A DNA stretch of 30,823 nt, from positions 1 through 30,823 of the IMG/VR virus record IMGVR_UViG_3300016484_000186; one strand, given 5' to 3'. Within the stretch, counting starts at the first letter, position 1, and each line of letters opens with the position of its first letter. A program made the position numbers and the translations under genes. This DNA comes from a virus (lineage: Duplodnaviria > Caudoviricetes). Below the pieces are notes generated by a model. That model saw nothing but the letters and a program-made list of their open reading frames with translations, searched no databases and was not told where the DNA came from. Below are positions 16,305 to 25,144 of the stretch, piece after piece.

Positions 16305-18601
16305 TGGAGGTAGGTTTATTTATATACGTAGAGGAAACATTACTTTTGCCTCAACCTTTAACGGCAGATAATACTTTAGTTACTGTAGATAGCACTAGTA
16401 TAACGGCAGATGCAACGCAATACAATGTTTATACAGATACAACTAGAGCTAGACGTATGGACTTATTTAATGACGAAAAAATTAGTGTAACTAGTAGTAT
16501 ACAAAATATAAATGATATATCAAAAGTCTTTACGGACTATTCTCAGAGTTTCACAATACCTGCAACGAAAAATAATAATTCTATATTTAGGCATTGGTAC
16601 GAAAATAAAGTGGATAATGGCTTTAATCAACTTGTTAGATATAGTGGCTATATTACTATTAATGGCGAAGTATTTAGGGTTGGTAAGTGGCAGATAGAGA
16701 GTGCTAGTGTTAAGGATAATCGCATATTAGATTATAAGATTACTTTTTATGGTAACCTTAAGAGTATGTTAGATAGCTTTGGAGAGGATAAATTAAAAGA
16801 CGTAGAAACTTTAAACGATTATACTATAACTTATACAGGAGAAAGGGTACAGGATTTAATAGAAAGTAATACAAGTCTAAATATAATGTTTCCTTTGATT
16901 AGTTCGCAGAGAGTTTGGCAATATGGAACAGGTGGTACAAATGATATTTCACAAAATTCGCATCATATACACTACACAGAACTAGCACCTGCTTTGAAAT
17001 TATCTAGAGTATTTGATGCTATAGAAAGTAAATATGGAATATCTTTTAACGGAAACTTTTTAACTCAAAGCAGATTTAATAGTGCTTATTTATGGTTAAA
17101 AAATAAAGAGGTATTTACAGCTACTTCTGCACCTACTAGAGTAAACTTAACTACGATAGTACAAGACGATAGCGGTTTTATAACTTACAATACAGTTAAT
17201 AATACTTATGAAATTAGTAATGGAGCTGCACCTAGCGTAAATAAAGTATTCTATGCAAGTATTGGTTTAAGTGCTTCAACTACTTGGATTTTAACTGTTT
17301 TTAAAAATGGAGTTAATTACGTTAATTTTACAGGAACAGGTAATACTATAAATGTAAACTTACCTCAAGAAGATGCAGAATATTATTTAACTATACAAAC
17401 AGGTACAGCTTGTAGTTATACAGGTACTTTATATGGAGCATTTGATTTATGGGATGACCCATTTGGTTATTTTGAATGGATAACATATGCTAATGAGGTA
17501 AACGTTTTAGGAAGTACAAATAGTCAATTAGATTTAACGCAATATGTACCTGATATTAAAGTTGCTGATTTTGTTAGTGGAGTTTTAAAAATGTTTAACT
17601 TAACTGCATTTAGCTTTGACGAAACAAATTATACTTTAGAGCAGTTAGAAAATTGGTATTATCAGGGAGATATAAAAGACTTCAGCCAATATACTGTAAC
17701 AGATTTTGATTACGAGAGAATTAAGCCTTATAAAAAGATTAGCTTTCAATATGAAAAATGCGAAAGTTTAATGAATAGGGCATTTTATGATAATGCAGCT
17801 AGAGAATATGGTAATTTGGAATATCCATTTAATACAGACGGAGCAGATTATACAATTAAACTGCCTTTTGAGAATTTACTATTTAATAAATTTACAGGAA
17901 CTAGTTTACAAGTAGGTTATAGTATAAATAAAGATTTACAGCCTTATATACCGAAGCCGATTATACTTTATAGATTAGGTAAAGCAGATTGCGATTTTTA
18001 TTTAAATAACGGAAGTAGTACAAATAATATTTTAAGTTATAATGTATTCGGACAAGATACTACTTATCAGGGTGCTACACATTCTTTGAATTGGGGAATA
18101 GAAATAAGCAGTTATTATTTACAAGCTATTACAAACAGTTTATTTAACGATTATTATTTAGCTTACTTAAGTAACCTTTATTCTTTAAAGTCTAGAATGG
18201 TTAAAGTTACTATGAGATTACCTTATACAGAAATGTTAAAACTAAAGTTAAATGACAGAATAGTAATTAGAGATAAAAGATATATAATTAACCAATATAC
18301 TACAGACTTTGATACATTCGAAACTAAAATGGAATTGATACAAGACTTTAGGAGTGTATTATTTGGAAATAGCTTTGCTCAAACTATAAATAGTTCTGCA
18401 CAAACTTTAAGATTTAACACAGTTAGTCAAGAGCCTTTACTGTGGAGTGTACAGCAAGATTTAAACGGACAAATTATATCAATAAATACTTTTGACGAAT
18501 ACGTAGAAGTGGAAACAAAAGCAAATTTTACAGGAGTAGATTTATTTTATAGTATAGAGAGTAATTTAGGGGATATAATAGTAATAACACAAACAGCGTA
18601 A
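16304..18601 (+). CDS. Tail tip/baseplate hub protein
   Basis: 765 aa; DYSQSFTIPATKNNN near the N-terminus and LKLNDRIVI...YIIN OB-like C-terminus. Confidence 0.65.
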   Translation: MEVGLFIYVEETLLLPQPLTADNTLVTVDSTSITADATQYNVYTDTTRARRMDLFNDEKISVTSSIQNINDISKVFTDYSQSFTIPATKNNNSIFRHWYENKVDNGFNQLVRYSGYITINGEVFRVGKWQIESASVKDNRILDYKITFYGNLKSMLDSFGEDKLKDVETLNDYTITYTGERVQDLIESNTSLNIMFPLISSQRVWQYGTGGTNDISQNSHHIHYTELAPALKLSRVFDAIESKYGISFNGNFLTQSRFNSAYLWLKNKEVFTATSAPTRVNLTTIVQDDSGFITYNTVNNTYEISNGAAPSVNKVFYASIGLSASTTWILTVFKNGVNYVNFTGTGNTINVNLPQEDAEYYLTIQTGTACSYTGTLYGAFDLWDDPFGYFEWITYANEVNVLGSTNSQLDLTQYVPDIKVADFVSGVLKMFNLTAFSFDETNYTLEQLENWYYQGDIKDFSQYTVTDFDYERIKPYKKISFQYEKCESLMNRAFYDNAAREYGNLEYPFNTDGADYTIKLPFENLLFNKFTGTSLQVGYSINKDLQPYIPKPIILYRLGKADCDFYLNNGSSTNNILSYNVFGQDTTYQGATHSLNWGIEISSYYLQAITNSLFNDYYLAYLSNLYSLKSRMVKVTMRLPYTEMLKLKLNDRIVIRDKRYIINQYTTDFDTFETKMELIQDFRSVLFGNSFAQTINSSAQTLRFNTVSQEPLLWSVQQDLNGQIISINTFDEYVEVETKANFTGVDLFYSIESNLGDIIVITQTA

Positions 18602-18738
18602 TGATTAGACATATATTAGATGCTCTCGAGTTAGTAGAGTACGGAGAAAACGAGTTAATAGATATAGCTAAAGGAAAATATAAAAAGATAGAAAATTTTA
18701 GTGATTTTAAAAAAGAAATAAAACGTATATTTAGATAA
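18601..18738 (+). CDS. Small hypothetical protein (45 aa, not in ORF track)
   Basis: MIRHILDALELVEYGENELIDIAKGKYKK...KRIFR*; fills the gap exactly (TAATG overlap). Confidence 0.7.
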   Translation: MIRHILDALELVEYGENELIDIAKGKYKKIENFSDFKKEIKRIFR

Positions 18739-18739
18739 A

Positions 18740-20866
18740 ATGGCAATTACAAAAACTATAGAGATAGATGTAAAAAGTAATTTAGGAAAGGCTAATCAAG
18801 ACTTAAATAAGTTACAACAAAATATGAATACTACAGGTCAGGCTGCAGAACAACTGACCGAAAAAATGTCAGGTAGTGAAAAAGCAACTGCTGTAATAAA
18901 TGGCGTAGGAGACGCAGTAGGTAAATTAAACCCTGCATTCGGAAGTGCTATAAAAGGTGCTAATGGACTTATTTTGAAGATGTGGGAAATGGTAGCTAAT
19001 CCTATTGGTGCTATTTTAGCAGGTATTGTAGTTACATTAAAATTTCTATACGAAGCATTTCAAAGTTCTGTGGCAGGTGGTAAGGAATTAAAAGCTATGT
19101 GGGCAGGTTTAACAGCTACAGCAGACCAAATTAAAGATGCTATTTTTGGACTAGGTAGAGCATTAATAAGTACTATTGAAGCGGCAGTTAAATTTATTAA
19201 ATTAGATTTTAAAGGTGCTAGTGCTGCAATGAAAAAAGCTAATCAAGAAGCTGCAACTAGTTTTAATCAATTAGGAAACGCTGTTGAGGGTACTACTGCT
19301 AAAATTATATATAATTTAACTAAACAACAACAGGCTAATGATAAAGCTAGAAAACAATTAGCAGTAACACAATCCGAAACAAATAAATTATTAGTTCAAT
19401 CTAGAGAGACTTTAACAGACGAAACAGCAAGTATAAAAGAAAAGAAAAAGGCTTTAGATGAGGTAACAAAAGCAGAAAAAGCTAGTAGTGCAGAAAAGGT
19501 TAGAATTGCTGCAGAAGATTTGCGTATAGCTAAAGAAAGAGCTAAAGCAATGGGCGGAGAGGCAGAGAAAAAAGCAAAACAAGAGTTAAGAGATTTAACT
19601 ATAGCTTTAAACGAAGCCGAGACAGAAAATGCAATGACAGGAATAAAGCTGAATAAACAGCGTAAAATGTTAGCTAAACAAGAAGCTGAAGAGGGTAAAG
19701 CTGCAGCAGAAGAAGCTAAACAACGAGCTAAAGAAAGAGCAGAAGCTGCAAAAGAGGCATACAATAAAGAGTTAGAAAGTTTAAAACAAAAAATATCAGA
19801 CGAAAAATTAACTTTTGAAGAAAGAAGAAAACTTGTTTTAGATGATGTTAAAATAACAGCTAAAGATAAGGATAAGTTAGTAGCACAAATTAATGCAGAA
19901 GAGAAAAAAGCTATAGAAGCACATCAAAAAGAATTAGCAGACGTACAAAAACAGTTAAGAAATAAAATTGACGATATGAATGCTAAAAATGAAATGGAAC
20001 GTTTAGATTTAGAGGATAGTAGAGAACGTGAAAGATTAAGTAAAGTAGCTAAAACAAATGAAGAGTTATACACTTTAATTTCTTTACAAGATGAGATATA
20101 TACTAAAAAGAGAAATGAAATTTTAGATAAAAATGCTAATGATGAAACTAATAAACAAATAGCAAAAAATGCTAAACAAATAGAAAATAGCAATTTAGAA
20201 TTTCAAGCTAGATATGACTTAATTAGTCAACAAGAAAGTTTGATAAATTCACTAACAAATGTATCTGAAGAAACTAGAAGACAAATGTTAGAGGATAACG
20301 CTAAAAAAAGAAATGATATAGTAAAAGCAGAAGCAGAGTTTAAAGAAAAAACATATAGAGATAATTATAATAATTTACAAAACATTTTATCAGTTGGTGG
20401 AAAGTCTATGCAAAAAGTTTCAAAGGCTTTAGCTATTGCAGATATTGTTAGAACAAGTTATAACTCAATTTCTAGTACAATTTCTAGCATTGGTAAGGCT
20501 AATGCTGCTGCTACTGCCGCTTCGCCTTTAACAGGTGGTTTGCCTTTTGTTGCTATTAATACTATTAAAGGAGCATTAAGTATAGGAAGCACTATTGCTA
20601 GTGCTGCAAAATCTATTCAAGCTATCAACGGAGATGCTAAAAGCGTTTCAGGTGGTGGAGGTAGTGCAGTAAGTTCAGGAGGTGGAGGAGGTGCTGCACC
20701 TGCAGCACCACAGTTTAACGTAGTTGGTAATAGTGGAGTTAATCAGTTAGCTAGTACTTTAGGACAACAAGCGCAACAACCTGTACAAGCATTTGTTGTA
20801 GCTAATCAGGTAACAACACAACAGGCACTAGATAGAAATATAGTTAACAATGCTAGTTTAGGCTAA
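18740..20866 (+). CDS. Tail tape measure protein
   Basis: 708 aa, Ala/Lys/Glu-rich helical with hydrophobic segments and a Gly-rich C-terminus. Confidence 0.85.
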   Translation: MAITKTIEIDVKSNLGKANQDLNKLQQNMNTTGQAAEQLTEKMSGSEKATAVINGVGDAVGKLNPAFGSAIKGANGLILKMWEMVANPIGAILAGIVVTLKFLYEAFQSSVAGGKELKAMWAGLTATADQIKDAIFGLGRALISTIEAAVKFIKLDFKGASAAMKKANQEAATSFNQLGNAVEGTTAKIIYNLTKQQQANDKARKQLAVTQSETNKLLVQSRETLTDETASIKEKKKALDEVTKAEKASSAEKVRIAAEDLRIAKERAKAMGGEAEKKAKQELRDLTIALNEAETENAMTGIKLNKQRKMLAKQEAEEGKAAAEEAKQRAKERAEAAKEAYNKELESLKQKISDEKLTFEERRKLVLDDVKITAKDKDKLVAQINAEEKKAIEAHQKELADVQKQLRNKIDDMNAKNEMERLDLEDSRERERLSKVAKTNEELYTLISLQDEIYTKKRNEILDKNANDETNKQIAKNAKQIENSNLEFQARYDLISQQESLINSLTNVSEETRRQMLEDNAKKRNDIVKAEAEFKEKTYRDNYNNLQNILSVGGKSMQKVSKALAIADIVRTSYNSISSTISSIGKANAAATAASPLTGGLPFVAINTIKGALSIGSTIASAAKSIQAINGDAKSVSGGGGSAVSSGGGGGAAPAAPQFNVVGNSGVNQLASTLGQQAQQPVQAFVVANQVTTQQALDRNIVNNASLG

Positions 20867-20880
20867 AAAATAAAATTAAT

Positions 20881-20889
20881 CGTTATATA
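20881..20889 (+). promoter_or_regulatory. Putative late promoter -10 element CGTTATATA
   Basis: Repeated motif at the start of the head operon. Confidence 0.65.
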
Positions 20890-20892
20890 AGT

Positions 20893-21510
20893 ATGAAATA
20901 TGGTTTTGTTTATATATGGACTAATCAAATAAATAATAAAAAATATATAGGTAGTCATTATGGTAATATTAATGATGGTTATATAGGTAGTGGAATATAT
21001 TTTCAAAAAGCATACAAAAAATATAAAGATAATTTTAAAAGAGATATTTTATATATTGGTAATTTATATAAAGAAGTTGAAGAACATTATTTAAATAAAT
21101 ATAATGTAGCAGAAAATAAAGAATATTATAATTTAAAAAATAATTCTATAGGTGGGTGGTCTCATATAAATAATGATAAATTTTTATTAGAAAAAAGATA
21201 TAAAAATATATCTATATCTAAAAAAGGAAAATATTATAAACATTTAAATTATAATAAAATAGGAAAAAACAATCCGATGTTTAATAAAAAGCACAATGAA
21301 GAAACTAAAATTAAAATGAGCGAAAGTGCTAGAAAAAGAAAACCAACTAGAATAAAAAAAATATTAGAAGTAACAGAAAATAAAATATTTAATTCAGTTA
21401 CTGAATGTGCTATTTTTTATAATATAAAACAGCCTACTATGACTTCTTTAATTAGAAATGAAATAATATGTAGAGGAAAGTGTAAAAATAAAATATTTAA
21501 ATATGTATGA
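20893..21510 (+). mobile_element. Free-standing GIY-YIG homing endonuclease (Seg-like) with NUMOD3 and HTH
   Basis: GFVYIWTN...KKYIGSH...YIGSG...YYNL and NPMFNKKHNEETKIKMS; more AT-rich than flanking genes. Confidence 0.9.
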
Positions 21511-22468
21511 AATTATAGAATTAGTAATAGACGAAGAAAAAGAGTTATCAGGAGTAGAAGCTATTAGTATAGTTGAATACCCTGCAATAGAGGAAAATTT
21601 TGTAGCCTTATCGCATCAAAAAGAATATATGTTTAAGTCTGTAGATGACGAGAAACGAATTTTAGTAGGTGCTTTGTTAATACCTGATAAAAAGATATAT
21701 CGTAGAGACGGCAATAAAGAGTATTACGTTTATTTTTCAAAAGAGACTATACGTAAAGCTATGGAATTGTATGCACAAAGAGGGTATCAAAATAACGCTA
21801 CATACGAACACAAAGAAGACGTAAACGGACTTACTTTAGTTGAGAGTTGGATAGTAGACGATACGAAAAATGACAAATCAAATATATACGGACTAGATTT
21901 ACCTTTAGGAACTTGGGTAGGTACTATTAAGGTTAATAACGAGGTTATATGGAACGACTATGTTAAAACAGGTCAGGTTAAAGGTTTTAGTATAGAGGGG
22001 TATTTTGTAGATAAAGTAAAAACAGAAGAGGAAGTTAGTGAAGATTTATCTGCCGAAATAGAAGCAGGTTTAAAATTACTATCTGTGAAGTCTGCATTAC
22101 TTAAAACTATAGTTCGAAAAAAAAAAGACGCTAGACTAAAAACAGGAGAACGTTTAGAGTTTGAAAGTTATACCGATTACCCTGATGCAGTTAGTAATAA
22201 TGCTAAAAGAGGTATCGAGTTAAACGAAAAAAACGGTAATAAATGTGCTACTCAAGTTGGTAAAGTAAGAGCACAGCAATTAGCAAATAAAGAGCCAATA
22301 AGTTTAGAAAATATAAAGCGTATGTATTCGTACTTAAGTAGAGCAGAAGAGTATTACGATGAGAATGATACAAAAGCCTGTGGTACGATTAGTTATTTAT
22401 TATGGGGAGGTTTAGCAGGTAAGCGTTGGGCAGAAAGTAAATTAAAAGAGTTAGGATATGAGAAATAA
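21503..22468 (+). CDS. Prohead serine protease (XkdF-like) fused to a C-terminal domain of unknown function
   Basis: ATYEH (His) and GFSIEG (Ser); extra ~100-aa domain SYTDYP...YLLWGG. Confidence 0.8.
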   Translation: MYEIIELVIDEEKELSGVEAISIVEYPAIEENFVALSHQKEYMFKSVDDEKRILVGALLIPDKKIYRRDGNKEYYVYFSKETIRKAMELYAQRGYQNNATYEHKEDVNGLTLVESWIVDDTKNDKSNIYGLDLPLGTWVGTIKVNNEVIWNDYVKTGQVKGFSIEGYFVDKVKTEEEVSEDLSAEIEAGLKLLSVKSALLKTIVRKKKDARLKTGERLEFESYTDYPDAVSNNAKRGIELNEKNGNKCATQVGKVRAQQLANKEPISLENIKRMYSYLSRAEEYYDENDTKACGTISYLLWGGLAGKRWAESKLKELGYEK

Positions 22469-22610
22469 AAGAAATTATATACCTAGTTATACAAGCCCTA
22501 AAGGTGGAAAAAGAGGCTGTTTATGTATAGATGAAGACAAGTACGATGTAAAGTGCTGTAACGGAGATTTAAGAGAGCAGGGAATAGGACCAATACAAAG
22601 AACTAGTTAA
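22458..22610 (+). CDS. Small Cys-rich protein (50 aa, not in ORF track)
   Basis: MRNKRNYIPSYTSPKGGKRGCLCIDEDKYDVKCCNGDLREQGIGPIQRTS*. Confidence 0.7.
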   Translation: MRNKRNYIPSYTSPKGGKRGCLCIDEDKYDVKCCNGDLREQGIGPIQRTS

Positions 22611-22634
22611 AAATGCAAAATTATAATATATAAT

Positions 22635-22643
22635 CGTTATAAA
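22635..22643 (+). promoter_or_regulatory. Putative late promoter -10 element CGTTATAAA
   Basis: Variant of the repeated motif, before the scaffold and capsid genes. Confidence 0.65.
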
Positions 22644-22657
22644 TAAAAATTAAATAT

Positions 22658-23218
22658 ATGAAACCTAGCGAATTATTAAAACAAATTACTACTCTATTGA
22701 GTGCTGAAGCTAAAATTGAATTAGCTCAAGCTACTACAGTAGACGGTGTAGTTTTGGAAGCTGATAGCTTTGAAGCAGGTATGCCTGTTTTTCAAGTTAC
22801 AGAAAATGGTAACGAGCCACTTCCAAAAGGAGAGTACAAGTTAGAAGACGGTAAAACGTTAATACTTGTAGAAGACGGATTAATTGACGCTATCGTTGAA
22901 GCTGAAACAGAAACCGAAATCGAAGTAGAAGCTGCTGAAGAAGTTAAAGCAGAAGAAATTAAAGAAGAGGAAACTGTAGAAGTAGAGGCAGTAAGTCAAG
23001 AGGAAATTATCAAAGCTGTTATAGAAGCTGTAACTCCTTTATTAGAGGAAATGAAAGCTAATGTAGCAGAATTAAAATTTCAAATGGAAGAGTACAAACA
23101 AACTAAAATGTCTAAAGTTGTACACAATCCTGAGGGAGCAAAAAAAGTAGAAACAATTAAAACTAGTAAAAATGCTTCTAACTCTGTGTTAGAGGGTATC
23201 TTTTCAAAATTAAACTAA
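22658..23218 (+). CDS. Capsid scaffolding protein
   Basis: Very Glu-rich; between protease and major capsid protein. Confidence 0.65.
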   Translation: MKPSELLKQITTLLSAEAKIELAQATTVDGVVLEADSFEAGMPVFQVTENGNEPLPKGEYKLEDGKTLILVEDGLIDAIVEAETETEIEVEAAEEVKAEEIKEEETVEVEAVSQEEIIKAVIEAVTPLLEEMKANVAELKFQMEEYKQTKMSKVVHNPEGAKKVETIKTSKNASNSVLEGIFSKLN

Positions 23219-23225
23219 TAATAAG

Positions 23226-24146
23226 ATGAGCAATTTAAAAAGAGTTGAATTTTCAGAGCCTACAATTACTACAACGTATGCAGGTGAATTCGCAGGGAAA
23301 TATATCGCTGCAGGTGTTTTAGAAGCACCAACATTGAAAAAAGAGGGTGTAACTATTATGCCTAATGTTAAACACAAATCAGTTATCAAAACTTTAACTA
23401 ACGACATTACTATCGCAAATGCTACTTGTGATTACACAGATACTGCAGATGTTGCTTTAGCTGAAAAAGTTTTAGAAGTTACAGAAAAACAAGTTAACCT
23501 AACTTTATGTAAAACTCCGTTTCAATCAGATTGGGAAGCTGTACAAATGGGTTATTCTGCATACGATAACTTACCTGCTACATTTAGTGATTTCTTTATT
23601 GCTAATATGTTAGAGAAAGTTGCTTATGCTACTGAGCAATATGTATGGAATAGCTTAATTTCAAAATCTATCGCTGACGGTGCAGATGTTTCTTTAAACC
23701 CAGGTGCTATTACTGCTGCTAATGTTATTGATACTTTAGGAGATGCTGTAGATTTATTGCCTAACAACGTTTATGGTAAAGAAGATTTACATATCTATAT
23801 GGGCTTCGAAACGTTTAAAGCGTATGTACGTGCTTTAGGTGGTTTTGCTGCTAACGTAGGTGCTAATGGTGTTAATGGGCAGGGTACAATGTGGTATGAC
23901 GGAGTACAGTCTTTAACTTTTGACGGAATTAAAATTTTCGTTACAGGTGCTTTAGGAGAGAGAATTGCTATCGCTAGAAAATCTAACTTATTCTTTGGAA
24001 TTGGTTTATTAGATAACCTTAACGAAGTTAGAGTTTTAGATATGGCTTCTTTAGACGGCTCTAAAAATGTACGTTTCGTGATGCGTTGGTCTCAAGGAAC
24101 TCAAGTAGGTTTTGGAAACGAAGTAGTATTAGTAAACTGCGACTAA
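23226..24146 (+). CDS. Major capsid protein
   Basis: 306 aa; biased codon usage; follows scaffold and is followed by a terminator. Confidence 0.8.
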   Translation: MSNLKRVEFSEPTITTTYAGEFAGKYIAAGVLEAPTLKKEGVTIMPNVKHKSVIKTLTNDITIANATCDYTDTADVALAEKVLEVTEKQVNLTLCKTPFQSDWEAVQMGYSAYDNLPATFSDFFIANMLEKVAYATEQYVWNSLISKSIADGADVSLNPGAITAANVIDTLGDAVDLLPNNVYGKEDLHIYMGFETFKAYVRALGGFAANVGANGVNGQGTMWYDGVQSLTFDGIKIFVTGALGERIAIARKSNLFFGIGLLDNLNEVRVLDMASLDGSKNVRFVMRWSQGTQVGFGNEVVLVNCD

Positions 24147-24152
24147 TTTAAT

Positions 24153-24178
24153 TGGGGTAGAAAACTGCCCCTATTTTT
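24153..24178 (+). terminator. Rho-independent terminator (probably leaky)
   Basis: GGGGTAG-AAAA-CTGCCCC followed by TATTTTT. Confidence 0.7.
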
Positions 24179-24200
24179 AACTTTTTAAAATTTATAATAT

Positions 24201-24725
24201 ATGCAATGTGGAATTTCAACAGGTAGATTATTAGCGTGTAAAGATAACGTAGGAGGTATTAAAAACATTTATTTTGCTGACTATGGTACTTTAGGTGCTT
24301 TGACTATCGTAGACGGAGAGATTACAGCTATTGCAGGTACTCCTGACATTTTTAAGTATGAGGTAAGAGGTGCTAATAATTTAGAAGTAACTGTAACACA
24401 GTCTGCTGATAATGGTACTACTTTCTACGAACAGGCTTTAAATGTTACATTACACAAACTAGATAACGATACTACTGTAGCTTTACATAATATCGTAATT
24501 GGTAGACCTCACGTATTTATCGAAGACAATAACGGTAAATTTTACTCGGTAGGTGTTACTAGAGGTTGTGATGTTACAGGTGGTACTTTTGCAACAGGTG
24601 CAGCATTTGGGGATATGAGTGGATATACTTTAGCATTAACTGCTTCAGAGCCTTTTTATCCTTATTTAGTTGCTAGTTCTGTAATTAGTTCTAACTTAGA
24701 TAATACAAACATAGACCCTGCTTAA
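24201..24725 (+). CDS. Major tail tube protein
   Basis: 174 aa, beta-rich; CKDNVGGIKNIYF...NGTTFYEQ...GDMSGYTL. Confidence 0.65.
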   Translation: MQCGISTGRLLACKDNVGGIKNIYFADYGTLGALTIVDGEITAIAGTPDIFKYEVRGANNLEVTVTQSADNGTTFYEQALNVTLHKLDNDTTVALHNIVIGRPHVFIEDNNGKFYSVGVTRGCDVTGGTFATGAAFGDMSGYTLALTASEPFYPYLVASSVISSNLDNTNIDPA

Positions 24726-24747
24726 TCAGGTTGATTTATGTGAGAAT

Positions 24748-24775
24748 AAGGGTAGCCGAAAGGTTGCCCTTTTTT
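24748..24775 (+). terminator. Rho-independent terminator
   Basis: AAGGGTAGCC-GAAA-GGTTGCCCTT followed by a T-run. Confidence 0.9.
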
Positions 24776-24798
24776 ATTTATCAAAATTAAAGTTTTTA

Positions 24799-24807
24799 CG
24801 TTATATA
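24799..24807 (+). promoter_or_regulatory. Putative late promoter -10 element CGTTATATA
   Basis: Repeated motif, after a terminator and before the portal operon. Confidence 0.7.
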
Positions 24808-24810
24808 AAT

Positions 24811-25143
24811 ATGATAGTATTACAACAAACAGAAGACAGTCAAACTTTTATGTGCATACCTAGAGCATATGAAACAAACGTTACTATTAGTTTATTAGAT
24901 AAGACTAGAAATACAACAGTAAATATAACTCCTGAAATTGATATAGTAGGAGATAATTACTATGTTAGTTCTGTATTTGATTTAAAACAGGATAATTGGT
25001 ATTTATTAACTATAATATACGGAGAAACTGAAATATTTAAAGATTTAGTTTTTTGTACTAATCAGAACGTGGAAGACTATAGCATAAATTCAGGTATTTA
25101 TACAGCACAACCTGATGCAGATAATGAATATATAACTATTTAG
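24811..25143 (+). CDS. Putative virion structural protein
   Basis: 110 aa, beta-rich; upstream of portal. Confidence 0.5.
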   Translation: MIVLQQTEDSQTFMCIPRAYETNVTISLLDKTRNTTVNITPEIDIVGDNYYVSSVFDLKQDNWYLLTIIYGETEIFKDLVFCTNQNVEDYSINSGIYTAQPDADNEYITI

Positions 25144-25144
25144 A

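Noticed and set aside
16512-16697. 61-aa plus-strand ORF nested in the hub gene
   Set aside because: Out-of-frame internal ORF with no motif, leader or slippery site.
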